Shown here one piece after another: positions 47,647-57,732 of a stretch of 64,000 bases of DNA. The translations under genes and the position numbers were made by a program. The DNA is from Bacillota bacterium (GTDB taxonomy: Bacteria > Bacillota_I > Bacilli_A > RFN20 > CAG-826). Location of the stretch: the NCBI GenBank assembly GCA_030537155.1, contig JAUNOH010000008.1, forward strand, positions 4,557 through 68,556. Reading direction: 5' to 3'. The notes under the pieces are model-generated. The model was not told the DNA's origin, did not search any database, and was given only the letters and a program-made list of their open reading frames with translations. Each line of letters opens with the position of its first letter. The stretch's first letter is position 1.

Positions 47647-48231
47647 CTAGGAAGGCCTAAATTCCATCGCGTAAAGGAAGCAACCGGATTTCGTTGCTTT
47701 TTTTGCCGCCAGCTTCATGCCGCAGGCCTCGTACTTTTTCATCTTCGTTTCGGTATCCGTATCGAGCACACAGGGGATTTTGCCGGACTCGGCTTCCGCA
47801 AAAGGCGTGGCCAAGATCTTTCTTAAATAACCTTTTCCCTGGTATTCCGGGAAAACAACCACCATGGAAACAAGGACATAATCCTTCTCTTTTTTATAGA
47901 TCTTTTCATAGAGGTTATCGGCGTTTTTCGCCAGTTTGATAAGACTTTTAAAGCGGATTTCCCTGAGCATCCTAAACACCATTCTTAGCAGAGGCTTAAG
48001 ACGCATTTTGTCTTTTTTATGCCAATATGCGAGCAAGCCTTCCATCCTCTCGCCGGTGGCATATAGAAGACCAGCCCGATAATAGCATTCGGTCATGATC
48101 TCTAAGGCTTTGACGGCGTCATCTTTTGGCAAGATCATCGCTATGCCGTCTCCTTCCGAGCAAAAAGCCTCCCCGACCCGTCGGCCAAGTTCCTTCAATC
48201 GCTCATCCGAAAGGCCTTCAAGCTTGATCAC
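47647..48231 (-). CDS. GNAT acetyltransferase
   Basis: V.V.PEYQGKG, L.TD......Y...G. Confidence 0.8.
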   Translation of the reverse strand: MIKLEGLSDERLKELGRRVGEAFCSEGDGIAMILPKDDAVKALEIMTECYYRAGLLYATGERMEGLLAYWHKKDKMRLKPLLRMVFRMLREIRFKSLIKLAKNADNLYEKIYKKEKDYVLVSMVVVFPEYQGKGYLRKILATPFAEAESGKIPCVLDTDTETKMKKYEACGMKLAAKKATKSGCFLYAMEFRPS

Positions 48232-48237
48232 GATTTC

Positions 48238-49979
48238 TCACTCCCCGGCGGAGATTTTCCAAGAGGCCGCTTCCTGGCGACGGGAAACGAAGTTCTTGTA
48301 GATGCCCTCCTGCCCCAACAGCTCTTCGTGCTTGCCCTTCTGGGCGATGCGGCCATCGTTTATGACGACGATTTGATCCGCGTGGGCAACGGTGTTGAGG
48401 CGATGGGCGATCATGATGACCGTCTTATTCTCCGTCAGGGCATCGAAGGCGGCGATCAGTTTCCCCTCATTTTCGGGATCGACGTTGGCCGTCGCCTCGT
48501 CGAGGATGATGATGGGCGCGTCTTTAAGGATGGCCCTGGCTATAGAGATCCTTTGCTTTTCCCCGCCGGAGAGGGTCGCCCCAGCTTCCCCGATGAGGGT
48601 GTCGTAACCGTTAGGCAAGTTCATGATGAAGTCATGGCAACACGCTTTCTTCGCCGCTTCCACCACCTCTTCGTGGCTCGCCTCGGGGGAGCCGAACTTG
48701 ATATTGTTTTCGATCGTGTCGGCGAAAAGGTAGACGTTTTGGAAGACGACGCTGATCTGGGACATCAGGCTCTCGAGGGTGTAATCCCTGACATCCTTCC
48801 CGCCGATGGATATCGCCCCCTCATCAACATCCCAGAAACGGGCCACCAGCATCGCTAAGGTGGTTTTGCCCGCCCCCGAGGGGCCGACGAAGGCGGTCAT
48901 GGTCTTCTCCTTCATCTCGAGGCTCACGTTCCTCAAGACTTCATTTTGGCCATAGGAGAAGGCGATTCGGTCGACTTTTATGCCGTGGTTGGCGGGAAGA
49001 TACTCCGCCCCATTTTCATCCATAACTGGCAGTTCGTTGATTTTCTCGGCCTCCTCGATGGAACTGGAGACCACGCGGAGCAAGGTAAGTCCGGCCCCGG
49101 TCTGCTCGATATCGGCGAAAATCTGGAAGGAGACGATAATCAGCATCAGGGCACTGGCCATCCCTATCCACCCATTTAGATATAGCAAAACGGATACCAG
49201 GAGGATCGATGCCTTGAAGAAACCGAGGATGACGCTTTGAAGCATCTCATAGGGGATGAATAGCTTTTCCAGGGCCAGATTGCTGTCCCTATTATCGTCG
49301 ATCGCCTTTTTCAGCGCCTCGTCGCCCTTGCCGGTCAGATTATACGATTTGATGACGCTCATGCCCTGCAGGCTTTCGAGGACCTTCGATACCAAGACGG
49401 CCTGGTTTTTCTGCCTTTTTGGGGAAAGGGTTCTTGTTTTCCTCTCCATAAGCGAGGTGACAAATAGGTAAACAGCATCCCCAGCAACGCTATCAGGGCG
49501 ACCCGGAGGTCGAGGAAGGGGAGGCAACAGAGGAAGACTATCGAATTGATGAGGCCCGATAGAATCGTAACCAGCACGACCGCGCCTTGATTCTCCACCA
49601 CATCGAGGACCGTGGTGGCGATTCCGGTGACGTTGTTCAGGTTGCCTTCGTTGAAGTAGCCCATCGGGACTTTCTTTAGCCTCTCCGCGATCTCCAGCCT
49701 CTTATAGGCGCTCATGAAATAGCCGGCGTGGACCGAAAACAAATCGGCCGCCATCTTCAATAAGGCGCTCCCTATGATGCTCACACCCAAAAGGATCAGC
49801 GCCGTCCAGACCGGCTGCATGCTCTCATCGCCTTTTTCAAAGGCCAAGACCACGAAGTAGATGGCCGATATCTGCATCATCGAAAATATTGATTTGAATA
49901 AGGAGGCGATGATGGCCCCGACGATTTTGGACTTCTCCTTCCCGGAGAATTTGATGATTTTCTTGATAGCCTCGAACAT
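48238..49979 (-). pseudogene. ABC transporter TMD-NBD subunit, frameshifted near 49470-49480
   Basis: MFEAIKK... frame ends after ALLGM; the protein continues in another frame (VYLFVTSLM...GPSGAGKTT...LSGGEKQR...LDEATANVDPENE). Confidence 0.85.
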
Positions 49980-49990
49980 TAGTTGGCACC

Positions 49991-51721
49991 TCATTCGCCG
50001 ATGTGGGCGGCCCACATCTCCCTATACAATTCGCTTTGTTTCAATAACTCCTGGTGGGTCCCCTCGCCTTCAATGGTGCCTTTATTCACCAAGACGATTT
50101 TGTCGGCGTTCACGATGGTCGACAGTTTATGGGCGATGACGATGACGGTCTTATCTTTGATGAGCTTGGCGATAGCCCGCTGAATGAGGGATTCATTCTC
50201 GGGATCGATATAGGCCGTCGCCTAGTCAAGAATCACGATGGGGGCATCCTTCAACATGGCCCTGGCAATCGAAAGCCTCTGACGTTCCCCACCGGAGAGA
50301 TGGCTCCCTCCCCTGCCCACCGGGGTGTCATACCCGGCGGGGAGGGCCTTTATGCAGTCATGACAGCCCGATAGTTTGGCGACCTCAATCACTTCCTCAT
50401 CGCCGGCACTCGTCCGGCCCATCCGGATGTTATTCATGACCGTATCGTCGAAAAGCCAGGTGTCTTGGGCCACGTAGGCGATTTGATCGTAAAGCTGTTC
50501 CAGCGGGATGGACTTCAGGTCTTTCCCATCCAGGGTGATGGAGCCATTCTCCACATCCCAGAAGCCGGCGATCAGCTTGGCGATCGTCGATTTGCCGCTT
50601 CCCGATGGGCCGACTAAGGCGGTCAAGCTCTTTTGGGGAATGTTCAGGCATACTCTATGGAGGACCTCATCCCCTGCATGATAGGAATATGTCACCTCGT
50701 TAAGGGCGATGTCGTGGGTTTTGATGTCGACTCTCTCCAAGGCGTGCTCCTGCTCCTTCCCGGAGAGAAGCTCATCGATGGTGGCGATCGTCGTGGCCAT
50801 TTTCGCCGAGTCGTCCGTGAAGTTAACCGCCGCCAAAATAGGCCCCACGATGCACATGGAAAGCATGATGCAAGTCAAGAAGGCCTCCGCGGAGATGGTT
50901 CCGGAGACATACATCCACCACCCGATTGGGAGGATTGTTATCAATGTGCAGGGGGCTATCGTCCGGCACATCGAATTGGAAAACTCCGTCTTCTTCATCC
51001 AGCCGAAGTAGAAGGCGGCGTTGGCCATCACCTTGTCCTTGAACTTCTGATAGGACGATTTGCCTTGGTTATAGGCCTTGATCACCTCGATGCCGTGGAT
51101 GTATTCGACGATGCTGGAATTCATTTCCTGGGTGATTTCGACGGATTTTTTATAATCGGCCCCATAGCTTTTCATGATCAGCAGGAAGAAGAACATACCC
51201 ACCGGAATCGAGACGAGGCATAAAAGGCCCAATCGCCAGTCGACCACCATCATGTAAACCCAGACGGCGAGGGCGCCGATGATGTTGGAGGTGAGCTCGG
51301 GGATCATATGGGCGATCGGCCTCTCCATGGCCTCGATCTCATCGACGATGATTTGCTTCATTTTCCCGCTTGAGGTGTCGATGATGGTTCCCAAAGGCAT
51401 CCGGGGGAGCTTGGAGAATATCTCTTTTCTGGTTTCAGCCAATATTGAGAAGGCAGCCTTATGGCTGACGCCAAGCCCCAACGAATACAAGACACCCTTC
51501 AAGGCAAATCCCGTCAGGGCCAATCCCACGAGGAGAAGATAGTAATTAATCTCATTATTTCCCGAGATGATCCCGGAGATGATTTTGGCGGCGGCGACAT
51601 AGGGGAGCACTCCTGCCAATATCCCGAAAAGGGCGTAGACGATGGAGAGCAGGAGGCGGCCGTGCTCCTTTTTGGATATCTGCCATATCCTCGCCATTGG
51701 ATTTGCTTTCTTTTCTTTCAT
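49991..51721 (-). pseudogene. ABC transporter TMD-NBD subunit with an in-frame TAG at the Walker B Glu
   Basis: VILD*ATAYIDPENE...IAHKL continues in frame to TGA at 49991-49993. Confidence 0.88.
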
Positions 51722-51770
51722 CTCTAACCTCCTGTTGGTTGTTTTTTTGAATTCGATGAATCGATATTTT

Positions 51771-51788
51771 AGTTAGTAGTAACTAACT
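51771..51788. promoter_or_regulatory. Palindromic operator upstream of the ABC pair
   Basis: AGTTAGT-agta-ACTAACT. Confidence 0.55.
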
Positions 51789-51839
51789 TCAACCCTGTAA
51801 AAATCGCCTTCGACCATTTCCACGGGGAAGGCGTTAAAA

Positions 51840-52451
51840 CTAATAACCGAAGAACTCTTTCCAAGCCTTGGAAAAGAATCTATCGAGGGTGTCGGCATAA
51901 TGGAGGGCCTGCTCTCGGTTAAAACCGTGCCTGACGCTTTCGAAAACCGCATTAGCGTTAGCCGTGGCCAGAAGGTGGAATTCGTGTTCGTCGAAATCGT
52001 TGATTTTCACGCCGGTGGCCTTAAGCGTCCCCATGAATGATTTGGTGATTTTCTCTTCCAAAAGGGCGATATCGTGGATGAAATTCTCATATTTCGTCCC
52101 CTGGGATTTGCAGACTAGGAGCTTGAAGGCATCCAGGTTCTCATAGATATAGTTGGTGGCAAAGCTGGCCTCATGGTTGCTTTCTAACAAACTCAAATCC
52201 CCTGCCCCAGCGAACTCCTTCATCTCCCCTTCTTCTTGTTTGAAGAGGGAAAGAAGACCCTGATAGGCGGGTTCCACTAAGGTCGAGAACATCTCCTCCT
52301 TGCTGGCGAAATGTTTATAGAGGCCGGCGACGCTCATGCCGGCTTCGTTGGCGATGCGTCGCATCGAGGCTTCGTTAAAGCCATAGGATAAAAATTCCTT
52401 TTGAGCAGCTTTGACGATCTTTTCGTGACTGGCCGTTTTATCGATTGGCAT
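51840..52451 (-). CDS. TetR/AcrR regulator
   Basis: A..EF...GF..ASMR.IA..AG.S...LY.HF.SKE. Confidence 0.92.
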   Translation of the reverse strand: MPIDKTASHEKIVKAAQKEFLSYGFNEASMRRIANEAGMSVAGLYKHFASKEEMFSTLVEPAYQGLLSLFKQEEGEMKEFAGAGDLSLLESNHEASFATNYIYENLDAFKLLVCKSQGTKYENFIHDIALLEEKITKSFMGTLKATGVKINDFDEHEFHLLATANANAVFESVRHGFNREQALHYADTLDRFFSKAWKEFFGY

Positions 52452-52467
52452 CCCCAAACTCCTTTAA

Positions 52468-52508
52468 GCGAACACTGTTCTCTCTTAATTTAAGTGAACA
52501 TCGTTCGC
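52468..52508. promoter_or_regulatory. Tandem TetR-type operators
   Basis: GAACActGTTC and GAACAtcGTTC upstream of tetR. Confidence 0.6.
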
Positions 52509-52538
52509 TCACCTTCGTCAACCATTTCCTCAACCCTT

Positions 52539-52571
52539 AGAAAAAATCCTGACCTACGCCATATCAGGATT
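52539..52571. repeat. Boundary repeat copy 1 (inverted-repeat element, minus-strand terminator-like)
   Basis: AGAAAAAATCCTGAC-N8-TATCAGGATT, arms identical to 57560-57592. Confidence 0.8.
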
Positions 52572-52650
52572 CGTTGAGCAAAATTGGTTACTTTGTTTTG
52601 TGGTTTTGGTGTACAAAATATGAATTTTGATGGCAGTATTTCGTCGTCGT

Positions 52651-53115
52651 TCAAATACGATTTTCCATAATGAGGCAAGGGTTATCCCCGCCCCACACCT
52701 CCGTGGTGGTTTTTACTGGTTCAAAGCCCATTGCCACATAGAATTTCCGTGTCTGTTCGTACGGTTCGTAATTGGCCTCCTCAGCCAGGGTTTTTACTTT
52801 GACATAATCACAGCCGTGATTTTTCAAATAAGTTTCGGCTTCTTGGAAAAGCAGTTTTCCAATTCCCTTACGGCGATGAGTTGGTTTAACGCCCATCACG
52901 ATTATCTCACCAGTATGTAAGTGATGAATTTCAAAAGAAATAAAGCCGATTACTTCAGCATTTTTACTAAATGCAAAGAAAGCCTGGTGTTTGCTTTCCT
53001 CGGCGTAGCGTTCCACTGCCCTAGGATCGGCAAACCACTCGGGAAGGGCTGACAAAATATGTTTGGTGATTAAGTATTTAAGATTTTCGTCCCTTATTTC
53101 TTCAATCATAGTCAT
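52651..53115 (-). CDS. GNAT acetyltransferase
   Basis: LPEWF, MGV....RRKGIG, VKTL, Y..TR.FY..MGF. Confidence 0.9.
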   Translation of the reverse strand: MTMIEEIRDENLKYLITKHILSALPEWFADPRAVERYAEESKHQAFFAFSKNAEVIGFISFEIHHLHTGEIIVMGVKPTHRRKGIGKLLFQEAETYLKNHGCDYVKVKTLAEEANYEPYEQTRKFYVAMGFEPVKTTTEVWGGDNPCLIMENRI

Positions 53116-53180
53116 CTCGTTTCCCGGTATTTTCTGTTTTTAATTTGCGAAACTTGCTAAGCCATAATGAACGCCGATTT

Positions 53181-53858
53181 TCAACGACGATTGAGCACTT
53201 TCACCTCGTCGATGACCGTTTTGACGTGATTTAAATCCTTTAAAGCAAACACCCTATAGACTTTTCTAGGGGTCTTGATAATCAGTCTTCCCGGTGCCGT
53301 GTTCAAAATCATTATTATTCTTAGTTCGCTTATCTCCTCAAAAGGGATTTCAGTGTAACCTTTAAGGGTTTTTACCCGAATACCGAAGTCATTATATTCG
53401 ACCTGAAGTCTCCCCAAAGGCAGGACGCAAAATAAAATCATTGCGATCCAGAGTAGGCAGACAATGCCGATAATGACGTTATAGATAACTAAGAACCATA
53501 GCCCGACGTCGGACTCTAAATCTAATCCCACGCTCGTGAAGGCCGACACGAGGTTGAATGTCAGCATAATGCCAAAGCTGATGAGAAAGGCCACAAAATA
53601 AAACATCGCATAGAGGTAATTTCTAAAGCCGATAGGCTTAAATTCCTCACTTCTTTCCTGCTTGCCGACTTCCAATAAATCGTTGAGGCTCACTCCGAAT
53701 TCGTTGGAGATCAGGCGCAGCGCTTCCAAAGACGGATAACCCACTCCCCTCTCCCATTTGGAGATGGCCTGTCTGGTGACGGAGATTCTCTCCGCCATTT
53801 CGTCTTGGGTAAGGTTTTTGTCCTCCCTGATTTTCTTAATTTTCTCGCTTAGATCCAT
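53181..53858 (-). CDS. XRE HTH regulator with two TM helices and a PH-like C-terminus
   Basis: LTQ..MA....VTRQAISKWE.G..YP. Confidence 0.85.
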   Translation of the reverse strand: MDLSEKIKKIREDKNLTQDEMAERISVTRQAISKWERGVGYPSLEALRLISNEFGVSLNDLLEVGKQERSEEFKPIGFRNYLYAMFYFVAFLISFGIMLTFNLVSAFTSVGLDLESDVGLWFLVIYNVIIGIVCLLWIAMILFCVLPLGRLQVEYNDFGIRVKTLKGYTEIPFEEISELRIIMILNTAPGRLIIKTPRKVYRVFALKDLNHVKTVIDEVKVLNRR

Positions 53859-54167
53859 GAGTCGGTTTATTCTTTCGCCTACATATTATGTTCCGGAATC
53901 AGAAATATCACGCAACGGGGCGTTTCTTTGGCGGCTTTTCTCCCTCGAGGGTCGCAACATAAAACACGCCGATCGCTTTTAATGTTTCTACGATTTTATT
54001 CATAAGCATTCTCCCGTCTCCTCGTTTCGAGGTATATGCCAATGTTAACTTTCAAAACATTTAAAGGGAGCAAGCACTTTCAAGTAACCATGCCAAAAGA
54101 AAACCAGGCCGAAGTATTTATTCGTCCACGGCCGTTGAACCCGTTAGGAAATTTCGTCTAAATGCTT

Positions 54168-54905
54168 TTATACCAGCTTATAGCCACCATCGACGTCGAT
54201 GATGGCCCCGTCGATGTATTCGGCATCCTCACTAGCAAGGAATAGCGCGGTCTTCGCCACTTCTTCGGGGCGACCAAACCTTCCCTTGCTGATGCGTCCG
54301 AGAATATATTCGTTTAATCCTTCGGGGTTGGAATCGGTCATATCCGTATGCATCCAACCCGGGCAGATGCAATTTGCGTTGACATAAGGGGCATAGGCCA
54401 AAGACATGTTCTTAGTCAGGTTTATGATGGCCGCCTTCGCCGCATCATATTCCATCGACTCGGCGTTATAAGTCTTAGTCGCATCTATGCTTGAGATATT
54501 GATGATCCTTCCGAATTTGCGCTCCATCATTTTCGGAGCCAATAGCTTCGCCAGATAAAACGGCGCATATAGATGAACCCTCATCATTTCGTCGAACCCT
54601 TCGATGGTTTTATCTTTGACATCGCCGTATAAAGCGTATCCGGCATTGTTGACAAGAACGTCGACGGAATCAAAGTTTTCAAAAGCTTTTGTTACCAAAG
54701 CTTCGATGGCTTCTTTTTTACGGAGATCAGCTTTTAAGGCAATCGCCTTGACTCCGAAAGCTTCGCATTGCTTTTTTGTTTCTAAAGCCTTCTCGTCCTC
54801 TTTCGCATAGACGATGATGACGTTATAGCCAGCTTTGGCGAACTCGATGGCTTCTGCTTTTCCCATCCCACGGCTGGCGCCTGTGATCATTGCGGTTCTA
54901 CTCAT
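54168..54905 (-). CDS. Classical SDR oxidoreductase
   Basis: TGASRGMG, NNAG, YDAAK, N.ICPG, VDGG. Confidence 0.92.
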   Translation of the reverse strand: MSRTAMITGASRGMGKAEAIEFAKAGYNVIIVYAKEDEKALETKKQCEAFGVKAIALKADLRKKEAIEALVTKAFENFDSVDVLVNNAGYALYGDVKDKTIEGFDEMMRVHLYAPFYLAKLLAPKMMERKFGRIINISSIDATKTYNAESMEYDAAKAAIINLTKNMSLAYAPYVNANCICPGWMHTDMTDSNPEGLNEYILGRISKGRFGRPEEVAKTALFLASEDAEYIDGAIIDVDGGYKLV

Positions 54906-54906
54906 T

Positions 54907-55353
54907 TTATTTTTCTCCTTCTCGCTTATTGAATGCCTCAATCAATTCTTCCTTATAACGGTTCACGCATAAAAATGCGGTCTCTATGTCTTTTGTTTTT
55001 ATTTTTCGGGCCGTCTTTTCTTCTATTTCCCATAAAGGCAAAAGGATATTTTCGGCATATCCCTTCCCTTCTCCGGTCAAATTGATGTGTTTTTCTTTTT
55101 TATTCGAGGCCTCGGTTTCTAAATAAAGGTAACCTTGGTCGGCCATTTTTTTGAGGGAGCTATTAAGCGTCGTAAAGCTAATGCCGGTTTTCTGGACAAT
55201 CTGCTTTTGGCTGATGCCGGGATTTTTCAATAGGATTCCCAATATGCAAAGCTCGTTTTTGCCGATTCCGTATTTTTTTGTCCAAAGGCAATAAACATTA
55301 TCCAGGCTCACCATGGCTTCATGAAGGGTGTTCAACAATTCGAAATTGTCCAT
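54907..55353 (-). CDS. MarR-family regulator
   Basis: SQK.I......T.NS.LKK....GY, KEK...LT..G; repeated TCCGATTTCG operator-like motif at 55361-55395. Confidence 0.85.
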   Translation of the reverse strand: MDNFELLNTLHEAMVSLDNVYCLWTKKYGIGKNELCILGILLKNPGISQKQIVQKTGISFTTLNSSLKKMADQGYLYLETEASNKKEKHINLTGEGKGYAENILLPLWEIEEKTARKIKTKDIETAFLCVNRYKEELIEAFNKREGEK

Positions 55354-55606
55354 AAGATACTCCGATTTCGTAATAAGTATATTCCGATTTCGGAGTTTAT
55401 CTATAACTACTTTAAACCTTTCTTATGTTGTGATTCTGCTATCGCTACTGATGTGAGCAAATATGGTCAGACTGCTTTGAAGGACTCGCCAAATTAATAA
55501 GAACAAAGGAAAACAAGCCAAGTCATGAGTTTTCAATAAAATAGTGCTCATGCCATTCGCCTTGAAAAATTATTACGGCGAGAAAACGCGTTATAAAAGA
55601 AGACCG

Positions 55607-56266
55607 TCAGGAAACTTCAAGCCCGCTAACGGCCTCGAAATGATATTTGGCGATGCCTAAATCCAGCCCTGTATAGAAGCCCATTCCCTTTTTAAGATAG
55701 ACTTTTCCATCGTCTTCCAAAGTAAAGAAGAACTTTTGCTGATTGATGGCTGTAGGAGCCAGCAAAGCAGCCTTCACCCCCAAAAGGAAACTCTCAGGCA
55801 TTCCTTCTTGATAATTAGAGACCTGATCGACACTTTTTGATTTATGAGGGAAACCGCTATTCTCACCATATCCGAAGCAGATGAGGCAACGGAGCGACTC
55901 GCCCTTCTTGATCCTGGCTTGGCTTTTCCCATGGGTCATGGCGACCCAGCATGAGTTCATGCCCAATTCCTGGATCTTCAAAACGATCTCTTCGCCATAG
56001 TAGCCTAAATCCTCATCCAGGGTTTTGCTTTTCTTCCCTACCAAGGCAATGTAGTTATTCACCCCTTTGAACTTCCCATAATGAGCCATGAATGAGTCAA
56101 AGCACTTCGGCTCATCGAAGAATATCTGGATGGATAATCCGGTCTTTTCGTTTATCTGCTTGATTAGGGAAATAAGGATTTCTCTTTTCTCTTCCTCTAT
56201 TTGATCAGGCTTATAGCTTCTTACGCTGTGCCTGGATTCCATAAGCTCCGATAGTTCGGTTTTCAT
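55607..56266 (-). CDS. Nitroreductase family protein
   Basis: RHSVR.Y, GY.GE..VL....LG..SCW, LAPTA.NQQ. Confidence 0.88.
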   Translation of the reverse strand: MKTELSELMESRHSVRSYKPDQIEEEKREILISLIKQINEKTGLSIQIFFDEPKCFDSFMAHYGKFKGVNNYIALVGKKSKTLDEDLGYYGEEIVLKIQELGMNSCWVAMTHGKSQARIKKGESLRCLICFGYGENSGFPHKSKSVDQVSNYQEGMPESFLLGVKAALLAPTAINQQKFFFTLEDDGKVYLKKGMGFYTGLDLGIAKYHFEAVSGLEVS

Positions 56267-57068
56267 ATCTCAATAACTCCTTCTTCAACGCTCGGATCAT
56301 GGTTAGCCAATACCCCAAGGCAGTTATCGTCGTCCTTACATTGAATCAGCCATTCCAAGGATTTCATGGCAAGTTTGCCATTCACCGAAAAGCCAGGGAT
56401 GATCTTGTTTTTGTATGATTCGGGACATAGGCCGCATCCCCTGCTATCACGAGGCATTTTCCATCATCGCCATTTAGGATGACGCTAAGATGGCCAAGGC
56501 TATGCCCGGGCGTGGAAACCAAGACGATTTTGCCATCTCCGTATAAATCATAGCTTTTGCCGACTGGGCCGATTCCGGTCTCGAGGAATTCAAAGCCGGT
56601 GAGTTTTACCATTTCCCAATCGGATTTAATGTTCCTGAAGCCTGATTTAGAAGCGTCTACGATCTCCTTTTTGCTAGCCAAAAAGCATTTAGCGTCTTTA
56701 ACTAACCTCGTCCCGCTGGTGTGGTCAAAGTCCAGGTGGGTGTAGACCACATAATCCAAATCGCTATCCTTGATGCCTAAGGCGCTGAGCCTATGATCTA
56801 TCGCCTCTTCTTTTTTGATCAAAGGAGCAGACACTTTGTTCAATAAGCCTAGGAATTGCTTCGGCTTTTCTTCCGCATATTTGGAATCCCAGCCCGTATC
56901 GACCAAAACCTTATGATCGCCATACTCGATTAGATACGAAGATACGGGAAGATCGACTTTCTTCTTTTTGCTTCTGAATAGCCCTAGCTTTGCGGTTGGG
57001 TTTTTCTCATGGAGGGGAATAGCGATATCGACCCTGACCTTGCCGGTATGGAATATGTGGAGTTTCAT
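56263..57068 (-). pseudogene. MBL-fold hydrolase (AHL-lactonase-like), frameshift near 56422
   Basis: LVDTG, THLDFDH, TPGHS.GH, GDAAY; the C-terminal ...ANHDP lies in a shifted frame. Confidence 0.82.
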
Positions 57069-57424
57069 GAAGGTTCTCCACTCCTATCGGGAAGGGAAGA
57101 GGCGATTGTTTTAGCCAACAGAAACGTTTCGATCAGTTTATCGAAACTTTCCGCATCTGGGTCGAAATAATAATAGTTCTTCGTCCCCTCTTTCCTAACT
57201 TTGATTATGCCGGCGCTTTTGAGGATGGAGAGCTGATGGGAGACGGCCGGCCTAGACAGATTCGTCTTTGCGGTTATCTCCCCCACTCTCACGCCTTCGC
57301 AATCGCCCATCTTAATCATTTCCAAGATGAGATGCTGCCTGGTTTGGTCTCCTATCGCAGACAATAACGGAGCACACTCTTTGAGCTTATTGGTCAGTAT
57401 TTCGATTTGTTCCTTATCCGGCAT
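57065..57424 (-). CDS. ArsR/SmtB regulator
   Basis: AIGD.TRQ, LSRPAVSH.L.ILK.AG...RKEGTKNYY. Confidence 0.92.
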   Translation of the reverse strand: MPDKEQIEILTNKLKECAPLLSAIGDQTRQHLILEMIKMGDCEGVRVGEITAKTNLSRPAVSHQLSILKSAGIIKVRKEGTKNYYYFDPDAESFDKLIETFLLAKTIASSLPDRSGEPS

Positions 57425-57559
57425 GTTCTTTCCTTTCGTTTAAAGGTTTAAACCATTGATATGATACTAAAAAGGAGCCGTTTTTGGTGATTGGTAAAGA
57501 AACTGTAGACGGAAGACGCGAAAAACTTTTAATAAGCAGGCGGAGGTTCGTCCGAAGAA

Positions 57560-57592
57560 AGAAAAAATCCTGACACATGTTGTATCAGGATT
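57560..57592. repeat. Boundary repeat copy 2
   Basis: AGAAAAAATCCTGAC-N8-TATCAGGATT. Confidence 0.8.
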
Positions 57593-57607
57593 GATTTACT
57601 TAGCTGT

Positions 57608-57674
57608 GTGAGTTGTACAATTTCGATACAAAACCCACAAAATGCAGGGGTGAGTTGTACGAAAAAGATACAAA
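57608..57674. repeat. Two direct repeats GTGAGTTGTAC-N6-GATACAAA, 42 bp apart
   Basis: 57608-57632 and 57650-57674. Confidence 0.8.
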
Positions 57675-57732
57675 TTCGGTGGTTCTACGGGAATCGAATT
57701 CCCAAAGGGGGTTTGGAAGACCGCCTTCGGCA

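Noticed and set aside
50222-50224. TAG recoding or readthrough
   Set aside because: TAG ends other genes here (e.g. pepT) and the partner gene is also broken; simple nonsense is more likely
54128-54145. GTTGAACCCGTT match to the tRNA-His T-arm as an extra att site
   Set aside because: Only 12 bp and lacks the accompanying boundary motifs; not counted, though worth rechecking in a comparative alignment
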